Shown here piece after piece: positions 50,936 through 63,489 of a DNA stretch of 64,000 nt; within the stretch, counting starts at the first letter, position 1, and each line of letters starts with the position of its first letter. This DNA comes from Octopus sinensis. Lineage: Eukaryota. The notes beneath the pieces are model-generated. The model searched no databases. It saw nothing but the letters and a program-made list of their open reading frames with translations, and was not told where the DNA came from. The translations under genes were made by a program, and so were the position numbers. Location of the stretch: contig NC_043014.1 in NCBI RefSeq assembly GCF_006345805.1, positions 28,272,001 through 28,336,000 of the forward strand. The letters are read 5' to 3'.

Positions 50936-52142
50936 GTATGTTAACGTCTGTTAATACACTCCTAATTTATTTACGCCTCACCATCTCTCATAAAGATGTT
51001 AGACGATGCATCGTTCAATTGCACGTCACGTCATAGTGAAATGCAACGTAGGTAGACATTAAAATAGAACATGCACACTCATTTGTGCACACTGTGCATG
51101 CATAAATTACAGCTGTCGATGCACATTACATGACTGCATGTCTGGCGCTGTCTGGCACAGACAGCCTCAGTTGTTTCCACTAGCCATGTTGCTGTTGCAG
51201 TGATTCATACAAACCTACATTAAATGCACATCATAGATGTGACTCATGGTGACTCTGGTATGTTTTAAAAACGTTAGGTTATCTGAATTCTTGGTTCGAT
51301 TTTCCTTCCTAACTTCAGACTTCGCATCCTGCTGGCTATTTCTGCGTGTACGTCTATGTTTGTACGCTTGAGTGTGTATGTATGTATGCGTGCTTCTCTA
51401 TTACTAGTTTCGATATGGTACTGAACAGTATTTATTATATTATGTTTATTAGAATTTTGTTTATTTTGTTGCTATTTCATTAATAAAATTTACGCGCACA
51501 CAGACATGTGCGATTGTATATGCATGTTACAAATATGTGCGCGCGCGAGTGTATGATTTTTCTTTGAGTTTTATTTAAGTTCTTGTGAGAATTCAAGCCG
51601 CTCCCTAACGAAGTGACAAGACATTTTGAATTAAGAGAGTGTCTGGTGTTTGTAAATCTGTGGCAGAGTTGGTGTGTTGGTTGAAGTGTCAATGCTTAAA
51701 CCCAAGCATGTGCATTGTATTCGCATAAGAATCTCAGACGTAGAATTTTTCGAATGTCTTACAAATCTTCACTGTGCCACTAATAGATTGGAAATATGTA
51801 TGTATTAAACCATTGGGAGTGAAGGACTCCTAGCCTTTGTTAGGGCATCCTTCTAGGAGAAGGTAACTCAGGTAACTGGGATAACTCCGATATAAAACTT
51901 GCGGCTCAGTGGTTACCTAAGACGTTGACTTGTTCTTCTTTTCGGATTATGGCTGCTGTTGCTTAGTGAGTGGGATTGACTCAGTGCACAGCCTTTCCCC
52001 ACTTAAAAAAAAATCTTTTTGCACAGGCATTGCACGATAACAACATTGATTAAGCTTTGTGCAATGGCCATACTCGATAACGACGGGACAGCCACCATGT
52101 ATGTATGTATGTATGTATGTATGTATGTATGTATGTATGTAT

Positions 52143-52534
52143 GTCTCTTCTACTTTTTAATTATTATAAATATTCCACTAAGAAGGGAGCCGGTTTCCAA
52201 CAAAGAGACAAGGCTCCATCTTTGGGATGTAGTTAACACAGACAAATTCACATTTGAAACTTGAGAAAAGTCTTGCATATTTTTACTGTTCCACTCACAG
52301 ATTGCACTCGTAATGTTCGAATTAGCCGATAGATTTCTCTTACTGAAAATTCCAGTTTATCCAGATTCTTCATTAAGCATTTACTAACAAAACATAGTGC
52401 ACCAATTATTATTGGTATGAATATGAATTCATAGTCTGGATATAGAAGCTGGAGGTTTCGAAGCAGTTGTCCATAGATATCCTTCTTTGATTTTCAAAGA
52501 GATATTTATACACACACGCCACACAGGCATATTC

Positions 52535-52628
<94 letters not shown>

Positions 52629-52970
52629 ACGGTTGTCCCCAGTTCCGATTGACAACCAGTCCTGATAGGGGCATCTGACCCCTATCACGGTACACACCTT
52701 TGCCCCTCTGCTTCAAAATATTCCGCCAGTATTCTTTGAGCTGGTATTTGCGAATGTATTCCATAACAGAAGGATTTTCTAAGTTTATTTCAGGACAATC
52801 TCTTTTGCAGATGGCATTGTAAATTGGTTTAGCGACAACATAGTACTGCATAGGGAGGTAGTACCGTGATGACATTTTAGGACAGTTGCTAATCACATGC
52901 GTGATGTCTTCCACAGAAATATGACATAGCCTGCAATTCCTGTCTGTGTTAGGGCATTTTTTAGGCAATC
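52143..52970 (-). mobile_element. R4/Dong-like LINE 3' fragment ending at (TATG)n; interrupted by a SINE/(TG)n piece
   Basis: CRLCHISVEDITHVISNCPKMSSRYYLP...VVAKPIYNAI; 3'UTR shared with 1372-1560; (TATG)n at 52097-52143. Confidence 0.85.
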
Positions 52971-53634
52971 CTTAAACCTTCGTTTAGGCTTAAACGTTGG
53001 ACACCTGCCATCTTCCAGCTCACCATACAATAGCTGCTTGGGCAGTCGCTCATCACTCATCCTTACCAAATGTCCCCCTCCACCTCAAACGTCTTTGAAA
53101 AATCATTTACTCTATACTTTTATTGCCACTCCTCTCAAGCACTTCCACATTACCAATGCCCATTTTCCAGTTTATCCCCCAAATTTTTCTCAGTCAGTAT
53201 TGATGAAATCGTTCCAATTAGCTTACCTGCCTACGGCAAACAACCCATGCCGCGTTTCCATATAGCAAAGATGGGAGGACGCATGTGTTATACACCTTAA
53301 CTTATTTCGAGCAATGTGCTCGAAATAAAGAGTAGAAAGACAGCCGACAAATGATGAAGGGTCGCTTTTATGTTACTTGTCTTGTTTTCCATTTGTTTCT
53401 CTCGTTCTTTGCGTACCCAACTTTATTTTCGTATTTCATGTTGTTTACGTTTTATGACGTACGACTCATATGTGCATACCTATATACATATATATATGTA
53501 TGTACGCATATATCTATATATTATATTATTATTTTTGATTGAACGCCACGCATCCATTTCCAAATAAGTTTGTCTATACACACACACACACACACACATA
53601 TATATACATATATATATGCATATGCTCTTTGCTC

Positions 53635-54150
53635 TTGCTCTTTTGCTTGTTTCAGTCATTTGACTGCGGCCATGCTGAAACACCGCCTTTAGTCGTGCAA
53701 ATCGACCCCAGGACTTATTCTTTGTAAGCCTAGTACTTATTCTATCGGTCTCTTCCGCCGAACCGGTAAATGACGGGGACATAAACACATCAGCATTGGT
53801 TGTCAAGCAATGCTAGGGGGACGAACACACACATACAAACACACACACACATACACACACACACACACACATACATACATACATACACACATATATATAT
53901 ATACACATATACATATATACATATACATATATACGACGGGCTTCTTTCAGTTTACATCTACCAAATCCACTCACAAGGCTTTGGTTGGCCCGAGGCTATA
54001 GTAAAGGGCACTTGCCCAAGATGCCACGCAGTGGAACTGAACTCGGAACCATGTGGTTGGTAAGCAAGCTACTTACCACACAGCCACTCCTGCGCCTATA
54101 GCCACTCCTGCGCCTATTGCCACTCCTGCGCCTATTGCCACTCCTGCGCC
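53635..54150 (-). mobile_element. SINE family B full length, with its 5' end tandemly repeated
   Basis: Complete bipartite structure; gccactcctgcgcctat x4 at 54083-54153. Confidence 0.9.
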
Positions 54151-54153
54151 TAT

Positions 54154-54260
<107 letters not shown>

Positions 54261-54320
54261 CATATATATACACACATGTTTATATAAATATATGCATGCG
54301 TACATACATACATACATACA

Positions 54321-54351
<31 letters not shown>

Positions 54352-55449
54352 GTATTTGTACAAGCATTATAAGTTCTTTTTGCATATTCAAATTACGAAA
54401 TATTTGTATTGTTATGAAAAAAAAATGACAACTGAAAGAGTGGAAGATAAAAGATAAAGGAAAGAGAACAACTGCGCATGTTTGTACGTTTTTTTCTCTT
54501 AATAAGACTGAAAAACCTTACCACGTTACATGACTCATAGATTACCAGTCAACAGAAAAAAACAAACTATATCTTGTTTTACGAGAGCTTTAGAAATGCT
54601 ATTCTCGCCATATCAACTGGCGACAAAAATCATCTTATCTGCTGGCTGTAATCCCAGTGAAGGGCGTAACTACAATTCGTGGTATAACTTAGGACGCTTT
54701 GACACACGTAAAATGAATAGAAACGGTATTTGCATGATATAGTTATAATTCACGCTAGGTCTTATGCTAAGCAACATACCGTTCCGCCCAAAACTCATGC
54801 ATAAAATTTCAACTTGCCTACCCCAGTTGAAATTAGATTATCTTATTGACTTTGTCATTCTATAGAAACATGAAATTCGTGATCTCTTTTGCGTTCCAGT
54901 CTTGCAAGGGGCTACGTGTTGGACGGGCCTCTACTCATTACAATGCTGAAGTTTACAACAAATAACACAATGGCTCCAAAATGGCGAAATGCTGACTAAC
55001 TCAGAGCCTCTGCATTTATTTACAATGCTTTCGAAATACAACGCCTGTTGGCTCATGGTCAGACTTCAAACAAACGTTTATGCCACTGTAACTTTGGGGG
55101 CTTTAAGACACGTAAACCAAGCTTGGTTTGTTGAAAATAAATCAGAAATATCTGAGCTTCTAGATATCGGGTATAAATTACACCAGAAATTGCTTAATCC
55201 TAATTTATCTGGAACAGAATAATTAGAGAAATTATTAATGTGCCGTAAATCAGCTTTGCAGAAAGGACTAAGGACAATGAATAATGTGTGGTAGTTGAAC
55301 ATATACTTAGATATTTGTTTGGCTTTTGACAAAAAAGACTAAAAATCAAAATTTGGTCCCCTCCAATCAATTATTATTCCTCTCCCTTTTAAGATGTATA
55401 TGTCTTACTCAGTGGTATGGAAGGTATTCTGAAGACATGAACAACGCAT

Positions 55450-55800
55450 TTCACGGATCTTTTTTGCAATCTATTCATAATATATACGAGCATTGCCGAG
55501 AAAATTGCTTGGATAGCTCCTTCCCCTGCATGAATTGGTGGTATCTTAGCTAAGTTTGTTGAGTATAATGACGATGTAGTGGCTAATCTTGTGACCACAT
55601 TAATTGTTAACGCATAGCATGGTTCACTGGTCCTGCAGAATCAGAGAGACTCAATTGTGATTTCATTGTACAAGGGTAAAAGGTGTCAAATAAACTGTGA
55701 TAACTGACGTTGTGGTTTCTTATTTGGAACTGGAAATAAGATATTTGCCTGGCCTTTATTGAATCATTTGCTGATACTCATGTGCTTCAATGTAGTCCCA
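55450..55800 (+). mobile_element. Old RTE-like RT N-terminal remnant
   Basis: SIVISLYKGKRCQINCDN*R...KIFAWPLLNHL resembles 'IV.LYK.KG...C.NYRGI...KI.AR.LL.RL'. Confidence 0.55.
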
Positions 55801-55833
55801 GTGTCTTAATGTGGACTGACATCTAGCAGGTAT

Positions 55834-55922
<89 letters not shown>

Positions 55923-55986
55923 TATATATATATAATATATATATATATATTAAATCTCAGAATGAGATTGAAACAGTAATCGCTCG

Positions 55987-56033
55987 ATAATGTAAAGTAT
56001 AGAAGCCATGATAAGATGGCTTCTATACTTTAC

Positions 56034-56038
<5 letters not shown>
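55987..56038. repeat. Perfect 23-bp inverted repeat, 6-bp spacer, next to (TA)n
   Basis: ataatgtaaagtatagaagccat-gataag-atggcttctatactttacattat. Confidence 0.95.
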
Positions 56039-56077
<39 letters not shown>

Positions 56078-56092
56078 TACACACACACACAT

Positions 56093-56530
56093 ACTCTTTT
56101 ACTCTTTTACTTGTTTCAGTCATTTGACTGTGGCCATGCTGGAGTACCGCCTTTAGTCGAGCAAATCGACCCCAGGACTTATTCTTTGTAAGCCCAGTAC
56201 TTATTCTATCGGTCTCTTTTGCCGAACTGCTAAGTTACAGGGACGTAAACACACCAGCATCGGTTGTCAAACGATGTTGGAGGTGGGGACAAACAGACAC
56301 ACAAACATATACAGACACATACATATATATAAATACATATATACGACAGGCTTCTTTCAGTTTCCGTCTACCAAATCCACTCACAAGGTTTTGTTCGGCC
56401 CGAGGCTATAGCAGAAGACGCTTGTCCAAGGTGCCACGCAGTTGGACTGAACCTGGAACCATATGGTTCATAAGCAAGCTATTTACCACACAGCGACACC
56501 TACGCCTCCACACAGCCACTCCTACGCCTA
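56093..56530 (-). mobile_element. SINE family B, full length
   Basis: actcttttactcttttacttgtttcagtcatttgactg...caaggtgccacgcag...ttaccacacagc. Confidence 0.92.
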
Positions 56531-56689
56531 CATATTTAGCGTCAGACAGTTCCAAGAGATGTGCATAGAGCAAAGAATATACACACCCTTTGTTCTCCAT
56601 ATACGTTGCAGTTGTAATTGCTCATGCATTAAAAGACTATGATTAGAGCATCTTTGTTATCGCATAACGGGCAAACAGTTTAATCTGAA

Positions 56690-56975
56690 TTACGGAGATG
56701 TACTTGCATAGCAAGTGACCTGATCTGAGATCGTGTGCTGGAACGAAAACAATTGCAGCGTGGAAGGTGTTTATAAGCCATTTAAGAAACACACAAAATC
56801 CGTTAGATTCACTTCAACATTTAAATTTAATTTGTGCAGCACGGAATTTTGTAATTTTGTCAGTGAACAGGTTGTGGTCTCAAAGCGACGAAAATATTTT
56901 GAGAAATTAAATTTAAATGTTGAAGTGAATCTAACGGATTTTGTGTGTTTCTTAAATGGCTTATAAACACCTTCC
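56690..56975. mobile_element. TSD-flanked insertion containing 74-bp perfect inverted repeats
   Basis: Direct repeat acagtttaatctgaa at 56675-56689 and 56976-56990; arms 56760-56833 / 56904-56977; same family as 28310-28432. Confidence 0.85.
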
Positions 56976-57699
56976 ACAGTTTAATCTGAAGCGTCTAAAA
57001 ATTAAATCGATATTTGTGACTCTAGTGAGCAATTTGCTGCATGCTGATATGATGTAGTGGCTCACAAAGAACAACATATTCGAAAAACGATGATGTTTTT
57101 CTATAGTGCTTGTATATGTTCAAATGACCATGTTAGATGTAGCAGATTATTTTGTGTGACTAGTCAGCTTTCAAGATTCTGAGATCAACATCAGTATTAA
57201 AAAAAGTTTTATGTTCGGGACACCGGGGTATCGAATCTAGTCAGACAAGAATTAAACAGTTCACCAAGCTTTGCGTACGCTAAGCATACGTTATCACATC
57301 ACTGTCATACTCATCTGAGACATAGATTCCATACCGACGGTATATAAAAGTATTCAAAAGTTTATACGGGAACTGTCTAAAATATATATTAAACATTAGC
57401 TGGAAATCTTTTACACTTGACATAGAAATTCTGAAAAAGAGGGCTGTTTCATTATGGAAGACCATCTTATCATATGGAAGATCACCAATACATTTTATGC
57501 GATGGAATGGTCATCTGTCTTGAAGATATCAGGCTGCAAAAGATTATTATTTTATTAATTCTAGACAAGTGAAAAAAAGGAAGGAAATAAGAGAGATTTC
57601 ATGATATCACAAAAGCCAACGCCTTGCGGCCTTGCAAATCACTTTATCTAATCGGGAGTATCCCATTCTGACCAGTAGCGGAATGACAGTTTATAACTA

Positions 57700-58065
57700 G
57701 GAAAGACAACAAGCGGTTTGAGAAAAACAGTATTGTCTATCAAATAAAGAACTGTAGTGCCATAGACTTCAGTCTGTCAAAGTCCTCTATGCTGACGGTG
57801 TAGCGATGATCGTACACTTTTTCTATGTGTATTACACTTTCAAATGTCAGTCTTGTCATCCAGAAAAAGTTACATCTAACGTTATTTAAATGCATGAAGC
57901 TGCAGTAGCCCCAGTAGAACACTACTGTCCTTTATGTTCAAAACTGTGGTCATCTGCCATATTGAAAAATCCATTTTGGACGAATGTACAAGTGCGGAGT
58001 AGCTGTTGGTGTCGTTCTTGACAAAATTATGTGCTCCCTTCATCACAATCGAGTTGACGATCATT
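57700..58065 (+). mobile_element. Old RTE-like RT core remnant
   Basis: VLYADGVAMIVH (LYADD motif), then decayed sequence. Confidence 0.45.
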
Positions 58066-58081
58066 ACCATGTATATCGTAA

Positions 58082-58112
<31 letters not shown>

Positions 58113-58254
58113 TGTATGTATGTATGTATGTATATCATACATATTTATTTCAAGATTTTTTCCAAGTAGAGTAATAGTTGGTTTCTAACCTAGATCCAAG
58201 GTTCCTTCACTGGAATTTCAACAGAATCAACAAGATATGTATGTACTTCTATTC

Positions 58255-58460
58255 TTTTATTCTTTTATTTGTTTCAGTCATTTGATTGCAGACATGCTGG
58301 AGCGCCGCCTTTAGCCGAACAAATCGACCCCCAGGACCTATTCTTTGTAAGTCTAGTATTTATCCTATGGATCTCTTTTGCCAAACTGCTAAGTTACGGG
58401 GACGTAAACACATCAACATCAGTTGTCAAGCGATGCTGGTGGGGGGACAAACACAAATAC
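58255..58460 (-). mobile_element. SINE family B 3' half
   Basis: ttgtttcagtcatttgattgcag...gctaagttacggggacgtaaacac. Confidence 0.85.
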
Positions 58461-58489
58461 ATACATATGTATATATATATGTAACTATT

Positions 58490-58903
58490 GGGAGACTCTC
58501 GTACAGCTCTGAGTTCTTCATCCTCAGTGTGTACTGATTAATGTTTAGAACCATTCTCAGCGTTCTCGTGTAGCACCCATCCACCATCTAAGTGAGTTTC
58601 TTGGTCAGTGTCCAAGTCTCAGACTCGTACAACAGTACACACTCCACTGCAGCAACGAAGAGACGGATCTTCAGATCTTTACGAAGTCTTCCATACAGAT
58701 TTCAAAGATTAGCTGGACATGTTCACCGTCATTCAGAGTTGATACTGCACTCAGTGCTCTTGTGGGAGCCCCTGCACAGACATACTAAAAGAAGAGACCG
58801 AGGATGACACTGGTCTCTGGGAGACACAGGACATGGCAGTGATGATGAGGGACAAAGACCGCTGGCGAGAACTCGTCCATGGATCTCGAGAATTTTACCC
58901 GCC
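58490..58903 (+). mobile_element. RTE LINE 3' fragment with 5' inversion
   Basis: 58490-58698 encodes (minus) RKDLKIRLFVAAVECVLLYESETWTLT...ELYESLP; 58699-58903 encodes (plus) QRLAGHVHRH...LLWEP. Confidence 0.85.
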
Positions 58904-58911
58904 TTATATAT

Positions 58912-59468
58912 ATATATTATATAAAATCCGTTCTGTCTGTCTGTGTGTGTGCCTTCTAGAATCTCGGATATCCTCTATCCGATTGCGCTCAAATTTGATA
59001 TGTAGATACTGACAGTATCAGGGCGTGTATAAGTTTTGATAAAAGTTACAAAAATTGATTCCAGGTGAGAATGCGATCGATAAAGCCGTTTTTGTCCTGC
59101 TTTTCTTCCGTCAACCTGTACATAACTGCACCTTCCATTTTTTGTTGTTTCTGTACTGCTTAAAGTCAAGTTTCTTTCCTGCCAAGCTTACTGTTTAAAC
59201 CATGTTTGTGTTCTCCCAGTCAACAGCTTTATCATTACTGGTACTTTAAACTCTTCGGTTGCCTATTTGTGCGAATAAAATCGTTTTTCTTTGGAATAGA
59301 AAAAAGTCTATCTTTATTTCTTCTTTTGCTGGTGTCTCAAATTAAGGCTAAATCAGTGTTTCTCAAAGGGGAGGCCTAAGGGACGGTCGGACAAGTTGTT
59401 TTGAGAAAATTTGGTTTAAATGTTTGACAACTCAGCACCGTCCATTGTACGGGGGAGTTTTGCTCGTA
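58912..59468 (+). mobile_element. Non-autonomous Helitron-like element
   Basis: 5' tataaaatccgttctgtctgtctg...ccgattgcgctcaaattt; 3' hairpin + ctcgt shared with 18991-19116; sits in TA tracts. Confidence 0.6.
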
Positions 59469-59569
<101 letters not shown>

Positions 59570-59677
59570 AAGTAGATTTGTATATTTTGTTTTATGTATA
59601 TATTCCCATGCATATAGTTGCATGTCTAGATGCTCATATATACTTAAATAATAAACTTTTGGAAAGTTTTACAGGCT

Positions 59678-59845
59678 ATGTATGTATGTATGTATGTATG
59701 TATGTATGTATGTATGTATGTATGTATGTATGTATGTATGTATGTGTGTGTGTGTATGTATGTATGTATGTATGTATGTATGTATGTATGTATGTATGGA
59801 TGGATGGATGTACGTACGTACGTATGCATGTATGTATGTATGCTT
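59678..59845. repeat. (TATG)n compound microsatellite
   Basis: Direct reading. Confidence 0.95.
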
Positions 59846-59929
59846 GTATGTACAGAGTGCAATATGTATTTGAGGGCATTTAATTATCAGTATATTACTG
59901 TCTTCAAATAATTAAACCTTTTTAATTTC

Positions 59930-61445
59930 TTTCAGTTACCAAGTTCAGATAAAAGCTAACACAAGAAATGAAAAGAAATGCAGTCAATCTTGCCATATGT
60001 GTACATTTAAAAATTTTCAATTTTCTAAATGTTGTAAGATCTTTTGTACACAAAGTTCGGGTGGAATTAGAAGCCTCTTGCGGGAATATCTCAACTGTAT
60101 CGAAGAGGAAAAAAACTTTGAAAACTTTCGGACACCACAAGGACACAGCAATTCAGCTAATGGGTTCAAAATATCAATGATGATCCCGGAAAAATCAATG
60201 ATGGCCATCGTCAAAGAGCTCCAGGAATTGAAATGTACTCTCAGGATTGTGGTGCACTGGTACCTTTGGTACAAACTGTATATACTAAAAAGAAAAAAAG
60301 TGAAGGCAATTCGTAATTGCCAAGACGCAGGGAGACCGTTTGATCCATCCTAAGCGGTTACTTAACAAGGTTAGAACCCCTCAAAAACATGGCATGTTCG
60401 AACATTCTTCACTGATGTGTAAAGCTTCGACCAAGACGAAATGTCTTGACGGCTAAGAGGAGAAACGACAGATGGTTATGTACAGACCATTTCCATGTTC
60501 CCAGAGTGATTCACACTAAGTAACCAGTCTGAGACCCCATTCGGTCACGACACAGACCATGGGATTGCACCTAGAAGTTACCCTCCCAGGAACAAGTCCG
60601 GGCAAGGTTGTTTATGGAAGACCAGCAGTCGCCCATGCGTACCTGCCTCCCCTCTCCACGCCACCAGTGTTCCAAGGGAAAGGCAAAGACCCATACAGCT
60701 TGGCACCTGTGACGTCGCAACTCATTTCTACAGCTGAATGAACTGAAGCAACGTGAAATAAAGTGCCTTGCTCAAGAACACAAGAGGAAAAAAACTTTGA
60801 AAACTTTCGGACACCACAAGGACACGCAGCCCGGCCCGGGATTCGAGCTCACAACCTCACGATTGTAAGCTCGACGCTCTAAACTCTGAGCCATGCGCCT
60901 TCACAAGTAACCAGTAACTGCGACAATTTTAGGAGTGTGAGTGATGTAGGTCGTGTCATGTCGCCTCATATCTTTCCACAGTGCCTAATAATTGATGCTG
61001 CTGGATACATTTGAGGTGCTAGAGACAGTTGTTGGGCTCTGGATAGGTGAGATACGTAGTGGGAGATCAAACATGCCTCCACAAGATTCAATTTCATACA
61101 AAGCCTTTTTAACACAAGAACTGGATGTTAGACTATCTTTACAATTGTAACACCAAACTTGTAACACCAAACTTACCAGATTTAAACCCAACGGACCACT
61201 ACATTTGGAGCATTGTTTTAAAGAGTACTAATCTACATCATCACAAAGCCATAGCTTCAATGTAGCTGCCATCGTCCACGTGATGTCCGAAATGAACAAG
61301 GACCATTTAGTGCGGGCATGTCAACGACTCTGATCCCACACTTAAGCAGTCATTAAAGCGAAAGGCTCGTTCATAGGATAATCTAATAAGAAAGTTTATC
61401 GAGAGCATGTGAGAACAAAAGCACACATTTTTATTAAAGTGCATT
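59930..61445 (+). mobile_element. Degraded IS630-Tc1-mariner (maT/rosa-like) transposon, interrupted by a SINE
   Basis: N-terminus FLNVVRSFVHKVRVELEASCGNISTVSKRKK...SDTTRT..F..WVQNINDDP..SMMAIVKEL; C-terminus PDLNPTDHYIWS...AAIVHVMSEMNKDHLVRACQR...AVIKAKGSFI. Confidence 0.8.
60500..60905 (-). mobile_element. CORE-like SINE family C carrying a 44-bp foreign insert
   Basis: Reverse complement of the 47677 family; insert at 60782-60825. Confidence 0.85.
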
Positions 61446-61554
61446 TTATTTTGCCAGATTAGAGTTCTTTTATTAAATTACCAAATATGCTCTCAAATAC
61501 CTCTCGTACTATGTATGTATTTGTATGTGTCTGTGTAAATGTGTATAGACACAT

Positions 61555-61589
61555 GTCATTGTATGTGTGTTTGTGTGTGTGTGTGTGTG

Positions 61590-61632
<43 letters not shown>

Positions 61633-61747
61633 CACCCGCAGGCAGATGTGTGTGTGTGCATATGCAGATATGTATGTATGTGTATTTATATACATCGTAT
61701 GTACATATTTTGTATATATGTGAACGCATGTACATATATACATGCGC

Positions 61748-61807
<60 letters not shown>

Positions 61808-61849
61808 GTATATGTATATATATATATTACACATATAAATATATATATA

Positions 61850-61932
<83 letters not shown>
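61555..61932. repeat. (TG)n/(TA)n compound tract
   Basis: Direct reading. Confidence 0.95.
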
Positions 61933-61936
<4 letters not shown>

Positions 61937-62014
61937 TAAGCAATAAGGGTTTAGCAACGAGTTGCTTACCACATGTGGTAGGCAACTCGTTGCTAAACCC
62001 TTATTGCTTAGTAT
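61933..62014. repeat. 82-bp spacer-less palindrome (one mismatch)
   Basis: atactaagcaataagggtttagcaacgagttgcttaccaca|tgtggtaggcaactcgttgctaaacccttattgcttagtat. Confidence 0.95.
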
Positions 62015-62106
62015 TACTTTAAATTTTCCTCGAATGAGGCTTTTTACATGCCGAAGACTACTTGGTGTAATTGATAATTTTTCCAAATTAATTAATTTCA
62101 CCCTTC

Positions 62107-62238
<132 letters not shown>

Positions 62239-62816
62239 TATAGATATATATATATAATATATATATTATTATACACACATGACATGTGCATGTGTGTTGG
62301 TATACATTCCTATTTGTGCGTACATATGTATATTATGTATATATGCATATGTCTTTATATGTATATTCCGTAAGATGCGGCGTGCAAGTCGACCTGACTA
62401 CGAGTCGATCTTAGTCCTATACATAGCGTATGGATCCACCCACCCTCGCACATTTGATAAACTGTATTGGGGCTGTTCAAATTGATAGCTGTCAAAGGGA
62501 TGCTCTGACTGATAAGTGAACTACAGACGTGAGTGCTATATTAAAAATACGATAATATACTTTCTACAAAACAACTAAATAAAACACTTTTGATGACTTT
62601 TCCAGAAATGTCTTAATACCTATAATATACATTCTGAATAATATTTAGTAAAACACAGGAGAACATTTTGTATAAATTGTACTTAGCGTTTATCTCCGGC
62701 ATTTGCATTTGTGATGCAAACAATCAATCAATGATACACTAGTTCCACGCACTCAGCTACAAAACTGTCAATTATAGCCGTAGCCTTCTAGCTTTAATCA
62801 TATTCAATTTCTAAAT

Positions 62817-63248
62817 AGTAAAGTTTATTTGCCAACAGAATGTAGCAGTCCTACACAGGATGATGTTACTACGTTTTAGCCCCAGGAAAACATCTTTTCC
62901 AGCTGGCTACCCACACACGTATGAGCAAGGGAGGTTATCGCTCCCAGCTCTAGCCTTTGTGATACTCACAGACGTAGGTTTCTGGGTTGTTTCTCGTCCT
63001 TGGTGTGAGACAATCGCAGACTGGTGATGAAGGCTTATTCGACTTGCTCATACTATATACTTTTCAAAACGACAGACAGTTGCTGATCTCATAAAGAGAA
63101 AAACAACTAATTTTAAATCTCTGAGCGAAAGATATGCAGTAACAGTACTGAACAGTAAAGTTTATTTGCCAACAGGATGTGGCAGTCCTACACAGGACGA
63201 TGTTACTATTGTTTAGCCCCAGGAAAATATCTTTTCCGGCTGGCTACC
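62817..63248. repeat. ~95-bp direct repeats flanking ~240 bp
   Basis: agtaaagtttatttgccaacag...ctggctacc at 62817-62911 and 63154-63248. Confidence 0.85.
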
Positions 63249-63489
63249 GACATACAGTTTGTGTCTGTACTATTATCACTGAAAATATTTTATCTCCTGG
63301 GCTCTAACAGCAAAAAGAATGAAATGTAACGTTACTTTGAAACTGAAAATTAATGTATTTGTGATTTTCAATTTACAGTGAGGCAGCGAAAAAAGAAAAA
63401 AAAGTGCATCTTCGCTTCCCTGAATCAGACATATAGAAGATTCGATTAATGAAATCGACAAAATAGTTATATAATTAACCAAACTATAT

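Noticed and set aside
53302-53328. 12-bp perfect hairpin ttatttcgagca-atg-tgctcgaaataa as an intrinsic terminator or HHR
   Set aside because: Eukaryotic context, and no CUGANGA upstream; at most an inverted relic of an HHR stem II.
59997-60353. 118-aa ORF as a host gene exon
   Set aside because: It is a frameshifted mosaic of a Tc1/mariner-family DNA-binding domain.
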